From NCBI RefSeq assembly GCF_963921235.1, contig NC_086112.1, forward strand, positions 45,136,001 to 45,200,000: a stretch of DNA of 64,000 nucleotides. Direction: 5' to 3'. Within the stretch, counting starts at the first letter, position 1, and the number at the start of each line of letters is the position of its first letter. This document shows, piece after piece, positions 50,818-63,773 of this stretch. The notes below the pieces were generated by a model, which worked only from the letters and a program-made list of their open reading frames with translations, did no database searches and was not told where the DNA came from. This DNA comes from Mobula hypostoma (Eukaryota). The translations under genes and the position numbers were made by a program.

Positions 50818-51374
50818 AAAGAAATGAACAGCACCATTTTAAGAAGATCCTTTCCTAACAGACTACTGATTGAGCTGAACAAAGTTAGTGGACTGGGTAC
50901 AAGTGTAACCATTTAGGAATAGATTATCTATACAACCAATGTATGAATATGAAACATAATTATCTGGGATATCAACAAGCATAGTCTGCAATAGATCAGA
51001 GCTTAAAATGAACACCTTGCAATATAAAGTGCAGTTTAGTACAATGTTTTTTAGCAGGCAAATAGGCCAAGAAAATGTGAGTAAAACACATGGCAGATGT
51101 GAAGAGTAGAGCGAGAAGAGGGCAGAAAATATTCTATGTAACTTAGTCACACAGAACCTATTGAAATTATTGGATCTTGATAAATTTTAACACCCTGAAG
51201 AAGACAACGTAATTGCTACATTTTATCATTCTTCAGCGTTGGATAAGCTTCATTAAAAAAAAAGTGAATGGAATGTTTCACCTTTGAGACCCAAGATTAT
51301 CTGGTAAACAGCAACTTTTTTTCTGAAAAAAAATTCAAGTTTCAATGAAACATTACCTTATTAACAGGACACAA

Positions 51375-52395
51375 GAACATAAGAAATAGGAGCAGGAGTA
51401 GGCCACCTGGCCCATCGAGCCTGCTCCACCATTCAATAAGATCATGGCTGATCTGGCCACAAACTCATCTCCACCTACCTGCCTTTTCCCCATAACCCTT
51501 AATTCCCCTACTATGCAAAAATCTATCCTACCTTGTCTTAAATTTATTTACTGAAGTAGCCTCCACTGCTTCATTGGGCAGAGAATTCCACAGATTCACC
51601 ACTCTCTGGGAAAAGCAGTTCCTTCTCATCTTTGTCCTAAATCTACTTCCCCTGAATCTTGAGGCTATGTCCCCTAGTTCTGGTCTCACCTACCAGTGTA
51701 AACAACTTTCCTGTCTCTATCTTATCTATCCCTCTCATAATTTTATGTTTCTATAAGGTCTCCTCTCATTCTTCTGAATTCCAGCCTGAACGGTCCCAGG
51801 CCACTCAATCTCTCCTCATAGTCTAACCCCTTCATTTCTGGAATCAACCTCTGCACCGCCTCCAAAGCCAGTATATCCTTCCCCAAGTAAGGAGACCAGA
51901 ACAGCACACAGTACTCCGGGTGTGGCTTCACCAGCACACTATACAGTTGCAGCATAACCTCCCTGCTCTTAAATTCAATCTCTCTGGCAATGAAGGCCAA
52001 CATTCCATTTGCCTTCTTGATAGCCTGCTGCACCTGCAAACCAACCTTTTGTGATTCATGCACAAGCACTCCCAAGTCCCTCAGCACAGCAGCATGCTGC
52101 AATTTTATTTTACCAATTTAAATAATAATCTGCTTTCATTTTTCCTTCCAAAGTGGATGACCTCGCATTTACCAACATAGTACTCCATCTGCTAGACCTT
52201 GCCCAATCTCTTAACCTATCTCGGCAGATTCTCCGTATCTTCTGCACAATTTGCTTTTCCACTCAATTTAGTATCATCCACAAATTTAGATACAGAACAC
52301 TCCGTCCCCTCTTCCAGATCGTTAATGTATGTCGTGAACAGTTGCGGGCCCAGCACCGACCCCTGCAACACACCGCTCACCACTGATTGCCAACC
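51375..52395 (-). mobile_element. CR1 3' fragment
   Basis: RDLGVLVHESQKVGLQVQQAIKKANGMLAFI; tail aagaacataagaaatagg. Confidence 0.88.
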
Positions 52396-53179
52396 AAATA
52401 AGACGATGGATTTTTAAACGGGTGTAAACTTTGTCAATAAAAGTAACTGATGGGCTCAAAAGTGACACTGGAATCCTAAATCCAGAGTGGGGATGCGTAA
52501 AGGCGAATTGCATTGTAATTAACAATAGAATGAAACAGCCGTACCTCAGATTTCAAGGCTTACCCTGGCAATGCGATATTAAACTAGGGTGGAGTAGTTA
52601 TAGATTGGAGATGAATATTTAGAAAATTTAAAACGATTTTCAGAACGAATTAAGTCGAGGTAAGCATGAGACAGCACTTCCTGGAGTACGAGGGCGTATT
52701 CCGATTGGAAAATACACATTACACACCCCCAAAAGGAAAGGGACTGAATCCAAACTTCTAAACAAACATGGTTTTTTTTCTGAAATAGCACCTGCACTGA
52801 AGCAAGAACTAAAAAAAAACATGATTAGGGGTTTCCTTCTCGCATAACAAAACTATATAGCACTGAAATACAAACTGACGTGGGGGGGGGCGGTCCGTGT
52901 ATTGGTCAATCTCAGCAATTTTGTCGCATAGTTAGCATGTTTTGCAAAAGTTCTGCACATCCTTATCTCAAAGTACGTTCTGCAACCGAAAAAGAATGAT
53001 GGGAATGGTTTATTATATTTACGTTCAACGTGTGGTAGAGCGCCCAAAATCAAACTGGAACCGTGTTACAAGTTTTAGAAAACTACTGCAAGCACATCAC
53101 GGGGCTGCGTAAAGCCACCAAATAATACATTGACTCCCTTAAGGCTAAGTGGAGTAACAGCTGGACAGCGAATACCTAC

Positions 53180-53349
53180 AGGTTGGCGATGCCCGCTTTC
53201 CTGACTGCCGAGGAAATCGCCTTGACAGCAGTGCAGAGAGCGTTAAGAAGCTGGTTCAGTTCCCCGGTGCCTTTCGCCTTCCTGCCCTCCTCCAGCACGA
53301 AGCGGGTCACCGTGATCAGGTTGGTGTCGAAAGGAGCTCGGTCTGCCAT
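53180..53349 (-). CDS. FBP1: Fructose-1,6-bisphosphatase 1 (liver/gluconeogenic isozyme), coding exon 1; full CDS is 7 exons, 1014 nt, 337 aa
   Basis: [57 protein letters not shown]; Kozak AGGATGG; donor GTAGGT; LCTAVK/AGIA and downstream MLVL...[16 protein letters not shown] are FBP1-type. Confidence 0.95.
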
Positions 53350-53439
53350 CCTGCCTAACTGAGTGGTGTACCGTGAAAGAGAGAGGCAGGTACACAATGA
53401 GCTGACTGGCAAACTACACAAACTTCTGGAGGGAAGAAG

Positions 53440-53717
53440 GTACCTTTAACCTCAAAGACTTGTAACCAATCCCCTGAAAAGCCAGCCCAGGGAAGAGGAG
53501 GGGCTTCTTTCTCAGAGCACTCAGAGCAGACTCTCTGGAAAACATTTGAAATTCCTGTGGAAATGGCAGCAAATCAGTAAAGCTGCCTCTAATCCTCTCA
53601 CAGCAGTTTCGTATCCTTGCTGATAGGGTTTCTTGTAACTTCAGAACACGCCTAGCCATGATGCGATTACACACAAGGAGCTAGAGTCTGCCATCATTCT
53701 GGGAGGTGATAATTAAC
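53440..53717 (-). promoter_or_regulatory. Putative FBP1 promoter: DR1/HNF4-like AGGTTAAAGGTAC (53452-53440), CCAAT box (53466-53470), HNF1-like GTTAATTATCACC (53717-53705)
   Basis: Motif matches 90-370 nt upstream of the ATG; consistent with a liver/kidney gene; not validated. Confidence 0.5.
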
Positions 53718-55335
53718 GCAGTTGGTGTGACTTACTCCTCGCTCTGGAACCTCGAACTGTTGTCAGTTTAATTTTAAATCCCAGCCTGACACGTACCTGG
53801 TGGGGTTGATCTCCCAGGGTGGTGTCCCCCTGGGTTTTCCACCGACTACACTCATACATCCTCAGCACAGGTTTCCCAAAGAGAACTGATGGATTCTCCG
53901 TCGCTTGGGACGTGGCTGCCTGAACTCTGGGATTGGTCAGAATTGTTTTTAATGGGGGGGGGGGTGAATTGCAAGCCCCAACAGAGAAAAGAAATCTGAA
54001 ATTTGCATCAAAATTTTAAAAACTGAAAAGAATGTGTATGTGCAGATCAGGCAACATCTTGGAGAAAAAAAGATGAAGTTTCGAGTCAACAATTCTTCAT
54101 CGGAATAGGGCGTGAAACTTAATTCTATCTCTCGTTTCACTGATTTTGCCTGACATCATGTGTATCTCAGCATTCCAGCACCTGCAGATCTTTACTTTCC
54201 AATTGATTTCACTCTCAGGGTACCAAGGAAAAGCTTTCTGGAGTGCTCCCATGGTTGTAACTTTGGGAACTGTTCACAGCAGTCTCCAGGAAAAGTACTG
54301 TGACAATGACCAGGCATTTTTTAAAGTCACATTGCCGACTCGTGATCAATTTGCAAATAATGCTCAGAAATCTTATGTGTTCGGAGAATAAGAGTAGGGC
54401 ACCTTCGGCCAGGAGATTCCACTTCTGATGGTGCAGTATTCCTCCAGTACTCTGAAAATCAGGTGCCCGGGTTGCTGATGGTTTGGCATCCGATTCCCTC
54501 ATTACCTGAATGTGAGCTGGGGTTTAGAGTGTAAGTGCTGTCTGCAGCTAGAGTCAAAGCTGGAGACTACAACTTCAGCGGTTAGGAATGTGGGCGGGTT
54601 TGCAGCTGGAGTTTGTGCATTCATTCCTCATTCCAATTAAACTCAGTAGATTCGTTGAAGAATTTATTATATATCTGTGTATCATGTGATAACCATGAAC
54701 TAGAAATATGAAATATTAAGAGTATAGAAAACCTGCTAGTCCAGAACAACCAATGTCTCAAGGATGCCAAAATAACAGTTTTATTAAATTAAGAATCCAG
54801 CAGGCCTAATCCTTAAAGGGTGAAATAATTGGACAAATTTCCCTGGCATTTCTATTATTGGAATTAATATTTGCTTAAAAAAAGTAACTTTACTGATGTA
54901 ATAACATCTTACAGAACCACAACGATCCCTGTTTTAATGGAATGTTAAATGCCTCAGAAAGCTTCTTGAGTTCATCTGTGCCTTCTGGAGCACAATGACT
55001 GTTGCCACCCAGAAATACTTTTTTTTGTAAATAATGGAAGACTAATCAAACATCATTAGCCAAGACGTAAAGAAAGAAGAGATGTCTGTAAGCTTTATAA
55101 TTAACCCAGGAGCAAGAGAAGCAGAGTTATGACATGAACAAGTTCTTCAACATTTCAGAAAAAGGGTGTAGCTGGTTGGCTGCAGTCTGAAACAAAGTTA
55201 TCTGCTGATATTCCTAGGGCTGATTTTTTTTTAAACCAAGGGAGTACTAGCTGAACAGGAATGAAAAGCAGTTTGAGCTGTGGCTGAGAAGTGCTCCTTG
55301 AATTGGGTACCCAGGTCCTAATGAGATTTCAGAAA

Positions 55336-55540
55336 TACAGGAGATTCTCCAGATGCTGGAGATCCTGAGCAACACACACAAAATGTTGGGGGAACTCAGC
55401 AAGTCAGGCAGCATCTATCGGGAAAGGATCAGTTTTCATTTTGGTCTTGATGAAGGGTCTCGGCCCAAAATGATGATTGTTCATTTCCCTCCATAGATGC
55501 CGCCTGATCTGCTGAGTTCTCCTGGTATTTTGTATGTGTT
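55336..55540. mobile_element. Older Penelope-derived fold-back element with a degenerate hammerhead
   Basis: Arm aacacacacaaaatg...caggcagcatctat mirrored by atagatgccgcctg...ttttgtatgtgtt; central ttgatgaagggtctcggcccaaaat. Confidence 0.8.
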
Positions 55541-57159
55541 TCTCATGAGTTTTTGCAAAGCTCACTTAGGTTTGACAATGAACACACAGTGATCATAGGA
55601 ATTACACGACCTTTTGTAACATAATTACTGGGGCTCCTATGTTCATTCATTGTGCACAGAGTTTCAAAGAGAACATTAAAACGTTGACTCACATCAGAAA
55701 ATTTAGTTCTACTCTAAATTGTTGCTAACCAGTAATAAAATAATCTACTTAGCAATTGCCTTTCTTCAAGTGAAACTCTAAAGTGAGGCCCAGAAAATGC
55801 ACTCGTGGTACAAAATATCACTTGATGTGCCCTGGCCTACATCTATTCAATGGGGATGATCAAAATTAAATATGAATATTATATTTCTCTGCTACTATGA
55901 TGGTCATTTCTTGCTTTTTCCTTTCTGATGAAGGATCCAGAACAGAAATATTAACTGTTTCTCTTTCTGTAGGTGCTGGTTAACCCTGCTGAGCTTCTCT
56001 ATAATTTTCTGCCTTTAAATTAAAACAAATTAATTGGTTCTAATCAAATGGACTGCTGCATTTCCCACATTATATTAGTGACTATACTTAAAAAGTACTA
56101 AATTACTGTAAAATGCTTTTGGATGTTGTGAAATTGTGAAGGGTATTTTTGTTTATTTTGACTGCAGTCTCTTACATATTGGCTGCTGATTGACTCAACT
56201 TCCAGCAAGTGACAATTACAATTACAGTCTCCTTGTGACCATTAGCACTTCCTCAATCTGTTTATTTTTTTCAAGATAAAGAAGCTTTCAGTAGAAGACA
56301 AAAACATTCATTAGCATGGAACTCTTTCCCAAATAAAAGTTTTTATACCAGTCTTTCTTATATAGTTATGGAAGCATCTGACATATTTAAAATTCCACAC
56401 TTCTGGTGCAATCATTGATTACTCATGCACCAATAAATTGATAATTCATATCTGCCACTTCCCCTCTTACAACGCTGGAGGAACTCAACAGGTCAAGCAG
56501 CATCTGTGGGGGAAAGGAACTGTTGATGTTTTGGAGGGTGACCCTGCACGAGGAGAGGCAGGACTGGTGTAAAGAGGAGAACAGGAAGGGTGAGACAAGG
56601 GCTGGTAGGAGATAGGAGAGGCTGAAGCATGGGAGCAGAGCCAGCTGAAGGTGGGGGAAGGAGTGAAGTTGGAAGACAGAAGCACATGACCAAAAGGTAG
56701 ACGTGGACAAAGAAAAATAAATCTGGAATCAGATGAAGCACGGTGGGAGGAAGGAAGGGTGAAGGTGGAGGCAGAGGCAGAGGCGATAAGCAGAGACGCA
56801 GGCTTCTAGGGCTGAATTCTGATAAATAAGGAAGAGTTAAAGAGCAGATTGAGCCAGATGGGTGAGTGGATATGGTGGGTAAAGAGTGTGACTATCTACT
56901 CATTTATGAAATTTGTGGGCTGTTGTGTCCTTCTCTTACAATAGATCTCGGTATGTTCTGTTCATTAGATTATTAACATCATAGAGTTAGAAGTTATCTT
57001 GTACCACACAAGATAGAAATGAACTCTGAATTCAGTGTGATCATATGTACTGACCTGTACCTACTCAATCAACCTTTTATACCTTGCTTTGCTCGCTCTT
57101 AAAGGGTAATTCTGTAAATTGACAGCATAGCTGATGGTTAGCTCAGTATTTGACGATTA

Positions 57160-57617
57160 CGAGAATGAAAGGGTTAATGCATGAGCTGTGTTTGATGGCT
57201 CTGGGCCCGTACTCGCTGGAATTTAGAAGAACGAGGGGGAGGATCTCATTGAAATGTACTGAATATTGAAAGGCCTAGATGGAGTGTACGTGCAGAGAAT
57301 GTTAGCATTAGTGGAAGAGCTAGGACAGGCTCAGGATAGAAGGACATTCCTTTAAAATAGAGACAAGGAGGACCTTCTTCAGGCAGAGTGTAGTGAATGT
57401 GCGGGATTCATTGTCACAGACAGCTGTGGAGGCCATGTCATTGGCTCTATTTAGAGTGTTCAGTAAGGGCGTTACGGGCAGGAGAAGGGCATTACGGGCA
57501 GGAGAAGGGCGTTACGGGCAGGAGGAGGGCTGAACTGGTGGAGCAGGCTCAGCAGCCGGATTCTGCAGAATGGTCTCATTCTGCTCCAACGTTTCACAGA
57601 CTTATGGTCCTATGGTC
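57160..57617 (+). mobile_element. CR1 3' fragment with an internal 3 x 20-bp tandem repeat (57465-57524)
   Basis: YSLEFRR-like region; (aagggcgttacgggcaggag)3. Confidence 0.8.
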
Positions 57618-58394
57618 AAGTCCTCACACCTGGCACAAACACATTATCTGCCAGGCAATAGGGGTTGTTGTATGCTTCTGAGATCTGGACTACCTACAAT
57701 AAGCATCTTAAAATATTGGAAACATACCACCAACATTGTCTTTGAATTCTCCAGTTAGTAGGATGATATTGCATTAGATGGAATGCATAATCAAGGAACT
57801 GATGGAAGGGGACAGTCTTTTGTCTGCGAGTACCTGGGTAGTAATCTAAGTGGATGACTCCTTGCACCTGCCAGCTGATATCACAGCAACTCATTCCACA
57901 TCTATCTGTTTGATAGAGGAAAACAGCTAACTAGCAATTATAGCATCTCCCAGTGGTGTAACCTTATATTTCTACCTTGCCATCTCTCTAACAGTTGATT
58001 GCATAATTGCTTGGTCAAGTTGGGGTGGGTGAGAATCACTGATCTCATTTCTGGAGGAACAACATACAGAGCAACAAATATATGTAGTTCAACCATTATA
58101 GACAAAATGAGTGGATTATGTTCACTTCATTCCTGCTCTTTCAGAAACTTTCCCACGCCTGGGAGTTGGCCAGATGAGATAACTATTAAAAGTGCTGTCA
58201 TAGCTACACTTTTCACCTGGCTGCGCGAAAAGATATGCCATAAATTGTGTTTAATTGAGCTCCTGAAATGTGAGATTGGCTTCCTTATTGTTGCAAATTA
58301 TCCACTGCAGCAGTATCAATTTTACATCCATTCTTCAAATGCCTGTAGCCTTTCTAAACTCTGTGAGTTTATTTGCTAAGACAGACAGGATGAG

Positions 58395-59700
58395 CATAGA
58401 ACACAGAACATTACATCACAGTACAAGCCATTCAGCTCATGATGTTGTGCAAACCTTTTAACCTACTCTAAGATCAATCTAAATCCCCCCTCTTACATAG
58501 CCCTCAATTCTTCTGACATCCATGAGCCCACCTACGAGTTTCTTAAATGCCCCTAATGTATCTGAATCTACCAGCACCCTGTCAGGGCATTGCACACACC
58601 CACCACTCTCTGTGTAAAGAACTTGTCTCTGACATCCCCCTCATACTTTGCTCCAATCACCTAATTGTGAATTTCCCTCTTGTAAGCCATTTCCATCCTG
58701 GGAAGTCTTCGGCTCTCCACACTATCTGTGCCTCCTATCATCTTGTACACCTCTATCAGGTCACCTCTCATCTTCCTTCGCTCCAAAGAGAAAAGCTCTA
58801 GCTTGCCCTACCTATCTTTGTGAGACATGCTCTCCAATCCAGGAAGTATCCTGATAAAGCTCCTGTGCACACTCTCTAAAGCTTTCTGTATAACGAGGTG
58901 ACCAGAACTGAACTCAATATTCCAAGTGTGGTCTACCCAGGGTTTTATAGAGCTGCAACGTTATCTTACAACTCTAAAACTTATTCCTCCGACTAAAGAA
59001 GGCCAACATGACATAAACCTTCTTAATCAACCTATCAACTTGTGTGGCAATTTTGAGGTATCTATGGATGTGGACCTAAAGATACCTCTGGGAATCTCCA
59101 GGCAAAGTAACACTCCATCTACCACCACTCTCTGCTTCCTGTGGGCAGGTGAATTCTCTGTAAACAGAACCAAGTTTCCCTGGATCCCATGCCTCTTAAT
59201 TTTCTGAATGAGCCTACACAGGAAATCTTATCAAATGGCTTTACTAAAATCCATATACCCAACATGAACTGCCCTTTCTTCATCAATGTGGTTCATCACA
59301 TCCTCAAAGAATTCACTCAGGATCGTGAGGCATGGCATGCTTCTCAAAAAGCCATGCTGTCTATCCCTAATCAGATTATGGTTCTCCAAATACTCATAAA
59401 TCCTGTCTCTAAAAATCTTCTCCGCTAATTTGTCAACCATTGAAGTAATATTCACTGGTCTATAATTCGCAGGGTTATGACCACTCCCTTTCTTCAACAA
59501 AGGAATAGCATTTGTCATCCTTCAAACAATGTGGTACTACTCCTGTGGCAAGTGAGGATGTAAAGATCATCGCCAAAGGCCCAGTGAGTTCCTCCCTCGC
59601 TTCCCATTGTAACTTGGGGTATACCTCATCCAGCCCAGGGGACTTATTTATCCTGATGTTTGTCAGAAGTTCCAGCACATTCTCTTTCTTAATGTCAAAA
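58395..59700 (-). mobile_element. Old CR1 RT fragment
   Basis: KSPGLDEVYPK, NYRPVNITSMV, QHGF, YMDFSKA. Confidence 0.85.
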
Positions 59701-60152
59701 AAAATTCTGAACAGATTCTGTTCTTTTAAAATCTGTTCAGATCCAAGGTTTTGCATTTAAATATAACTTCTATTTTTCCACATTCTTTCTGTGGAAATAT
59801 GTTTACTAAATTCCAAAATGTTTCACTAGTATTAAACTAGGTTGGCAGGGGAGTGAGTCCCAGAGCGATGGAGTAGTTGGTGTAAAGGCAGATGCAACAT
59901 ATTGAGAGACTGTGAGGGAGGATAGGTTGTAATAGACATTCACTCTACTAGCCCGGCCGGGGGCGGGGGTCTTGATTCTTTTCCAAACTCAGCTTTCTAA
60001 ACACAGCAGCTGACACATCTGAAGATCAAGCAATTGTTTTTCTAATAAGTTAATTTTCCCAACTGATGTTCTTTGTTTAGCTGCTTGTCGTAAATGGGAG
60101 CCAGTCTTTAGTTCTTAATGTAAGTGGCAAGCAGTAATCAGTTTGAGAGGGT

Positions 60153-60640
60153 CATCATCATCATCATCTTCATCATCAGGTGCCGTGCCCAGTTTGAGCT
60201 TTGACTGGCATGGCCCACACACTCCTGTTTTGGGTCAAGTGGATCAATTCATTGGTATTCATTTCCAGTTCTCTGGCTGCTGTCCCCATCATCATTTGTC
60301 TTTGTCTTCCTCTTGCTCTCTTCCCTTCAATCTTTCCCATAATTACCATGCATTCTAACTCCTCTTTCCTAATCACATGTCCAATGAAGTTACATTGCCT
60401 TTTCATGATCTCGTACATTATTTCTCTTTTTGTGTTTGCTCTGCTCATGACATTCTCGTTAGATATTCGTTTCATCCATGATATTCTTTGCATCCTCCTC
60501 AAAAACCACATCTCTGCTGCTTCAATTCATTTCCTCATGTTACTAGATATTGTCCAACATTCTGAGCCATATAACATAACTGGATAAACGTAACATTTCG
60601 GTACTCTGAGGCGGGTTGTCATGCCTAGTTTAGTGTTGAT
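60153..60640 (-). mobile_element. RTE (BovB-like) LINE 3' fragment with (GAT)n tail
   Basis: MWFLRRMQRISW...GHVIRK...GKIEGKRARGRQR. Confidence 0.88.
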
Positions 60641-61544
60641 TTGAGAGGATACTCTTGCTATAAAGCAGGATGTTGACTCACAGCACCTGGACTGACTTCT
60701 CAAATTGCAGACAATGAGTTATTCAACTTGGCATTTTTCAAAATAGATAATGCTAGCTACCTTTTTAAGTTCAAGAAGGTTCAAAGACCAAATGGAAAAC
60801 TTCACTTAGCATATCAATAGCTGATCTATTAGTAAGTTGGAAGGATTTGTACTCAAGGAATCAGCTTCATGTCATTAATTGTGTGTACCTGGGAACTCTG
60901 TCTCCAGGAGCATTTAGACCACTTGTGTTAAAAGGTATCTGAAAAGAATATCACCTGTGTGTAAAGTCACCCTAGAAGTAATAAAAAACTAGTGTAAGTG
61001 AAGAGAGCAGTTCAGGCTTATTAGGAACATTAAGAAGCCTGAGAGAAAGACAGGGTGGATTCCTCAGCCTTTGATTTCAGTGACAGATGACTGGCTCATC
61101 TGCAGTTCATGGGGTATGTCTTTTTAGCTTATCGGAATTGTATCTGTGTTTTCAAAATCCTTTGTATTTATAAATGGTTTGTAATTTGCAATTCTTTTAT
61201 AATATAGAAATCCTCCATAATTTTGAAATGTGTTTTAAGAATAGCGTTTGGATTTAAATGTGTATCACTAAAAATGAACTATGGTTAAACTATTTTGTTA
61301 GCTGGAACTATCTCCTCCTTAGTAAGGAGAGGGACTCACCACTCAAATAGTGGGTAAGCTTGCTGTGGGGAATAAAGAGGGAAGTGAACTCGTCTTTGAA
61401 GATTGGGTAGTTATAGAACAACCTCCCCTTTGTGGATATCTATATCAGATAGGGCTTAGGGTCAAATTTGAGTTTAAAACTTTGCAGTCAGAAGAACCCA
61501 ATACTATTGTTGTTCCTTTCCATGCCTCGTGGCACAATGCCCTT

Positions 61545-62399
61545 ACCGTTTCTTTAGCATTTTTGCCTGTTTTTTTCCTGAGGCCGAGTTGCTAGCTCGA
61601 CACTCAACCCAGCACAGATGGAAAGTGGGTAAGGAGCCAGCCGGATTCGAACCTGGAATCATTCACCTCAATGTCTGGTGCTGATGAGACCCTGACCTAA
61701 AGCTACACTCTGACTTCGGTTCTTTGTGGGAATGGGACCCGCTCTCAGGGTCTCATGACCGACTGCTTTTTGATATCCCAAGGACGCGGCCTGGAAGACG
61801 AGCGTGCCTTCAGGGTGCCAGATTTTTGTGGCTGTGGAAACAGGCCAGTTCAAGGCCGGTGCCCCTGACTGAGGCATCGCGGGAGAACACAGAACGTCAA
61901 GGGCAGCCGGTTAGCTGCCTAGCTGCCGTGGGCTGTGTGTCCAGAGACCTGAGCCCTGTGACTGACTCTCTGGGCGTAGAGCTCAGGAAAGGTGACGCAA
62001 CAGGCTTTTAACATCATAAATCAGAGAGTTGTTTATGTCTCCCCTCTCGCTGTGAAATGGGGACACCTCTTTTTCCCTTATTAGGGAGAGAGAGAGAGAG
62101 AGTCTGAGGAATGTCAAATTACAGGGTGAACGAGTAGTCTTTGGGGTTCTCCAAGTCTGTGTCTTTGTTGATGCTTTGCTGCACACTTGAATGCTCAGTG
62201 AGGGGGGCCGCAGATGCTTTTTTGCTCGGTGGGGGGGGCTTTGGGGTTCTAACATTTAACTGTCATTCATTCTTTGGGGCGCTCCTCTGTTTTCGTGGAT
62301 GTTTGCGAAGAAAAGTTATTTCAGGATGTATATTGTATACATTACTCTGACATTAAATGTACCTGTTGAAGCCTACTGATGCCACTACATCACTGGCCA
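61545..62399 (-). mobile_element. tRNA-derived SINE split by a ~690-bp non-coding retroposon (61687-62375, + strand, 6-bp TSD ctgatg)
   Basis: A box TGATGTAGTGG (~62392-62382) and B box GGTTCGAATCC (61653-61643) rejoin once the insert is removed; ctgatg at 61681-61686 and 62376-62381. Confidence 0.8.
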
Positions 62400-63681
62400 T
62401 CACAAGGCGGTGGATATGACATAAGGAACAGGGATGGAGATAAAGTGGTGAGATTGCTAATCAAGGATAGTTTCACAGCTGCAGACAAGAAAGACATCGT
62501 GGGAGGATCATGTACTGAGTCAGTGTGGGTGGAAGTCAGAACAGGAAGGGAACAATCACTCTGTTGGGAGCAATCCACAGACTCCCAAATAGCAATAGAG
62601 CATTGAGGAGCAGATCGCGAGGCAGATTTTGGAAAGCTACAAAAATAACACAGTTGTTGTCATGGTGACTTCAATTACACTATGATTGATTGGCATGTCC
62701 TTAGTGCAAAAGGTTAGATGGGACAGAATTTGTTAGGTGTGTCCAAGAAGGGTTCCTGACACAATAAGTATACAGGGTGACGAGAAGAGAGGCCACACTT
62801 GATCGAGTACTAGGCAATGAACCTGTTTAGGTGACAGAACTCTTGGGTAAGCATTTCAGAGACAGTAACCACAACTCACTCACCTTTACCAAAGGCTTGG
62901 AGAGGGATAGGACCTTCAGCATCCAGGGCATGCCCTTTTCTCACAGGTAGGAGATACAGAAGCCCGAAGGCACACACTCAGCGATTCAGGAACAGCTTCT
63001 TCCCCTCTGCCATCCGATTCCTAAATGGACATTTTTAATATACAGTATTTCTGTTTTTGCACATTTAAAAAATCTATTCAATATATGTAATTAATTGACT
63101 TCTTTGTTATTGTTTTATTTTATTTATTATTATTTTCTCTCTGCTAGATTATGTATTGCATTGACCTGCTGCTGCCAAGTTAACAAATTTCACGTCACTT
63201 GTTGGTGATAATAAATCTGGTTCTGAGATAATATGGAAAAGTATTTAATTAGGGGAGGGCAAATTATCATTCTATTAGACAGGAATATATGTACTCAGGG
63301 AAATGCACAACTGAACTGTGGAGGTTGTTTGGGGAGAACTAGCATGAAATTCTGGATAGGTTTGCTTCATTGATGTAGTGAAAGGGATTTTTGGGTGAAG
63401 GAACCATGGTTGACAAGAGAAGTTATACATGAAGTCAAGATGAAGAAAAAAGCATACTTAAGGTTTAGGAAGCAATGATGAGACAGGCTCTTGAGACTTA
63501 TAAGTTAGCTAGGAGGAACTTAAGAAAGGACATGAGAAGACCTTTGCGAGTAGGATTAAGGAAAACCCAAGGCTTTCTACATGAAGAACAGAATGACTAG
63601 ACTCTGGGTAAGAGGGATTAAAAAAAGGAAACTTGTGCCTGAAGTTGAAGGAGGTGGTGTTGGTCCTTAATGAATACTTTG
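62400..63681 (+). mobile_element. Old CR1 endonuclease-region fragment interrupted by a Rex1 3' end (~62912-63228)
   Basis: TESVWVEVR, ENPKAF-like remnants; Rex1 3' UTR motif ttaacaaatttcacg...ggtgataataaatctg. Confidence 0.7.
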
Positions 63682-63755
63682 CTGCACCGATAATTCCCCA
63701 ACACCTACACAAAACGCCAATAACCAGACACTCCCAGTTCTCCCGCTTGTCCTGC

Positions 63756-63773
63756 TGGCGCCCCCTGGTGGCA
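63756..63773 (-). promoter_or_regulatory. Consensus CTCF motif TGCCACCAGGGGGCGCCA within a GC-rich repeat starting ~63683
   Basis: Near-perfect match to the CTCF core consensus. Confidence 0.65.

Noticed and set aside
16787-52757. Inversion with duplicated breakpoints spanning FBP1 exons 2-7
   Set aside because: Exons 1-7 are collinear on one strand, so no net inversion exists
61643-62399. tRNA gene
   Set aside because: A/B boxes belong to a SINE head split by an insertion; no cloverleaf or Pol III terminator
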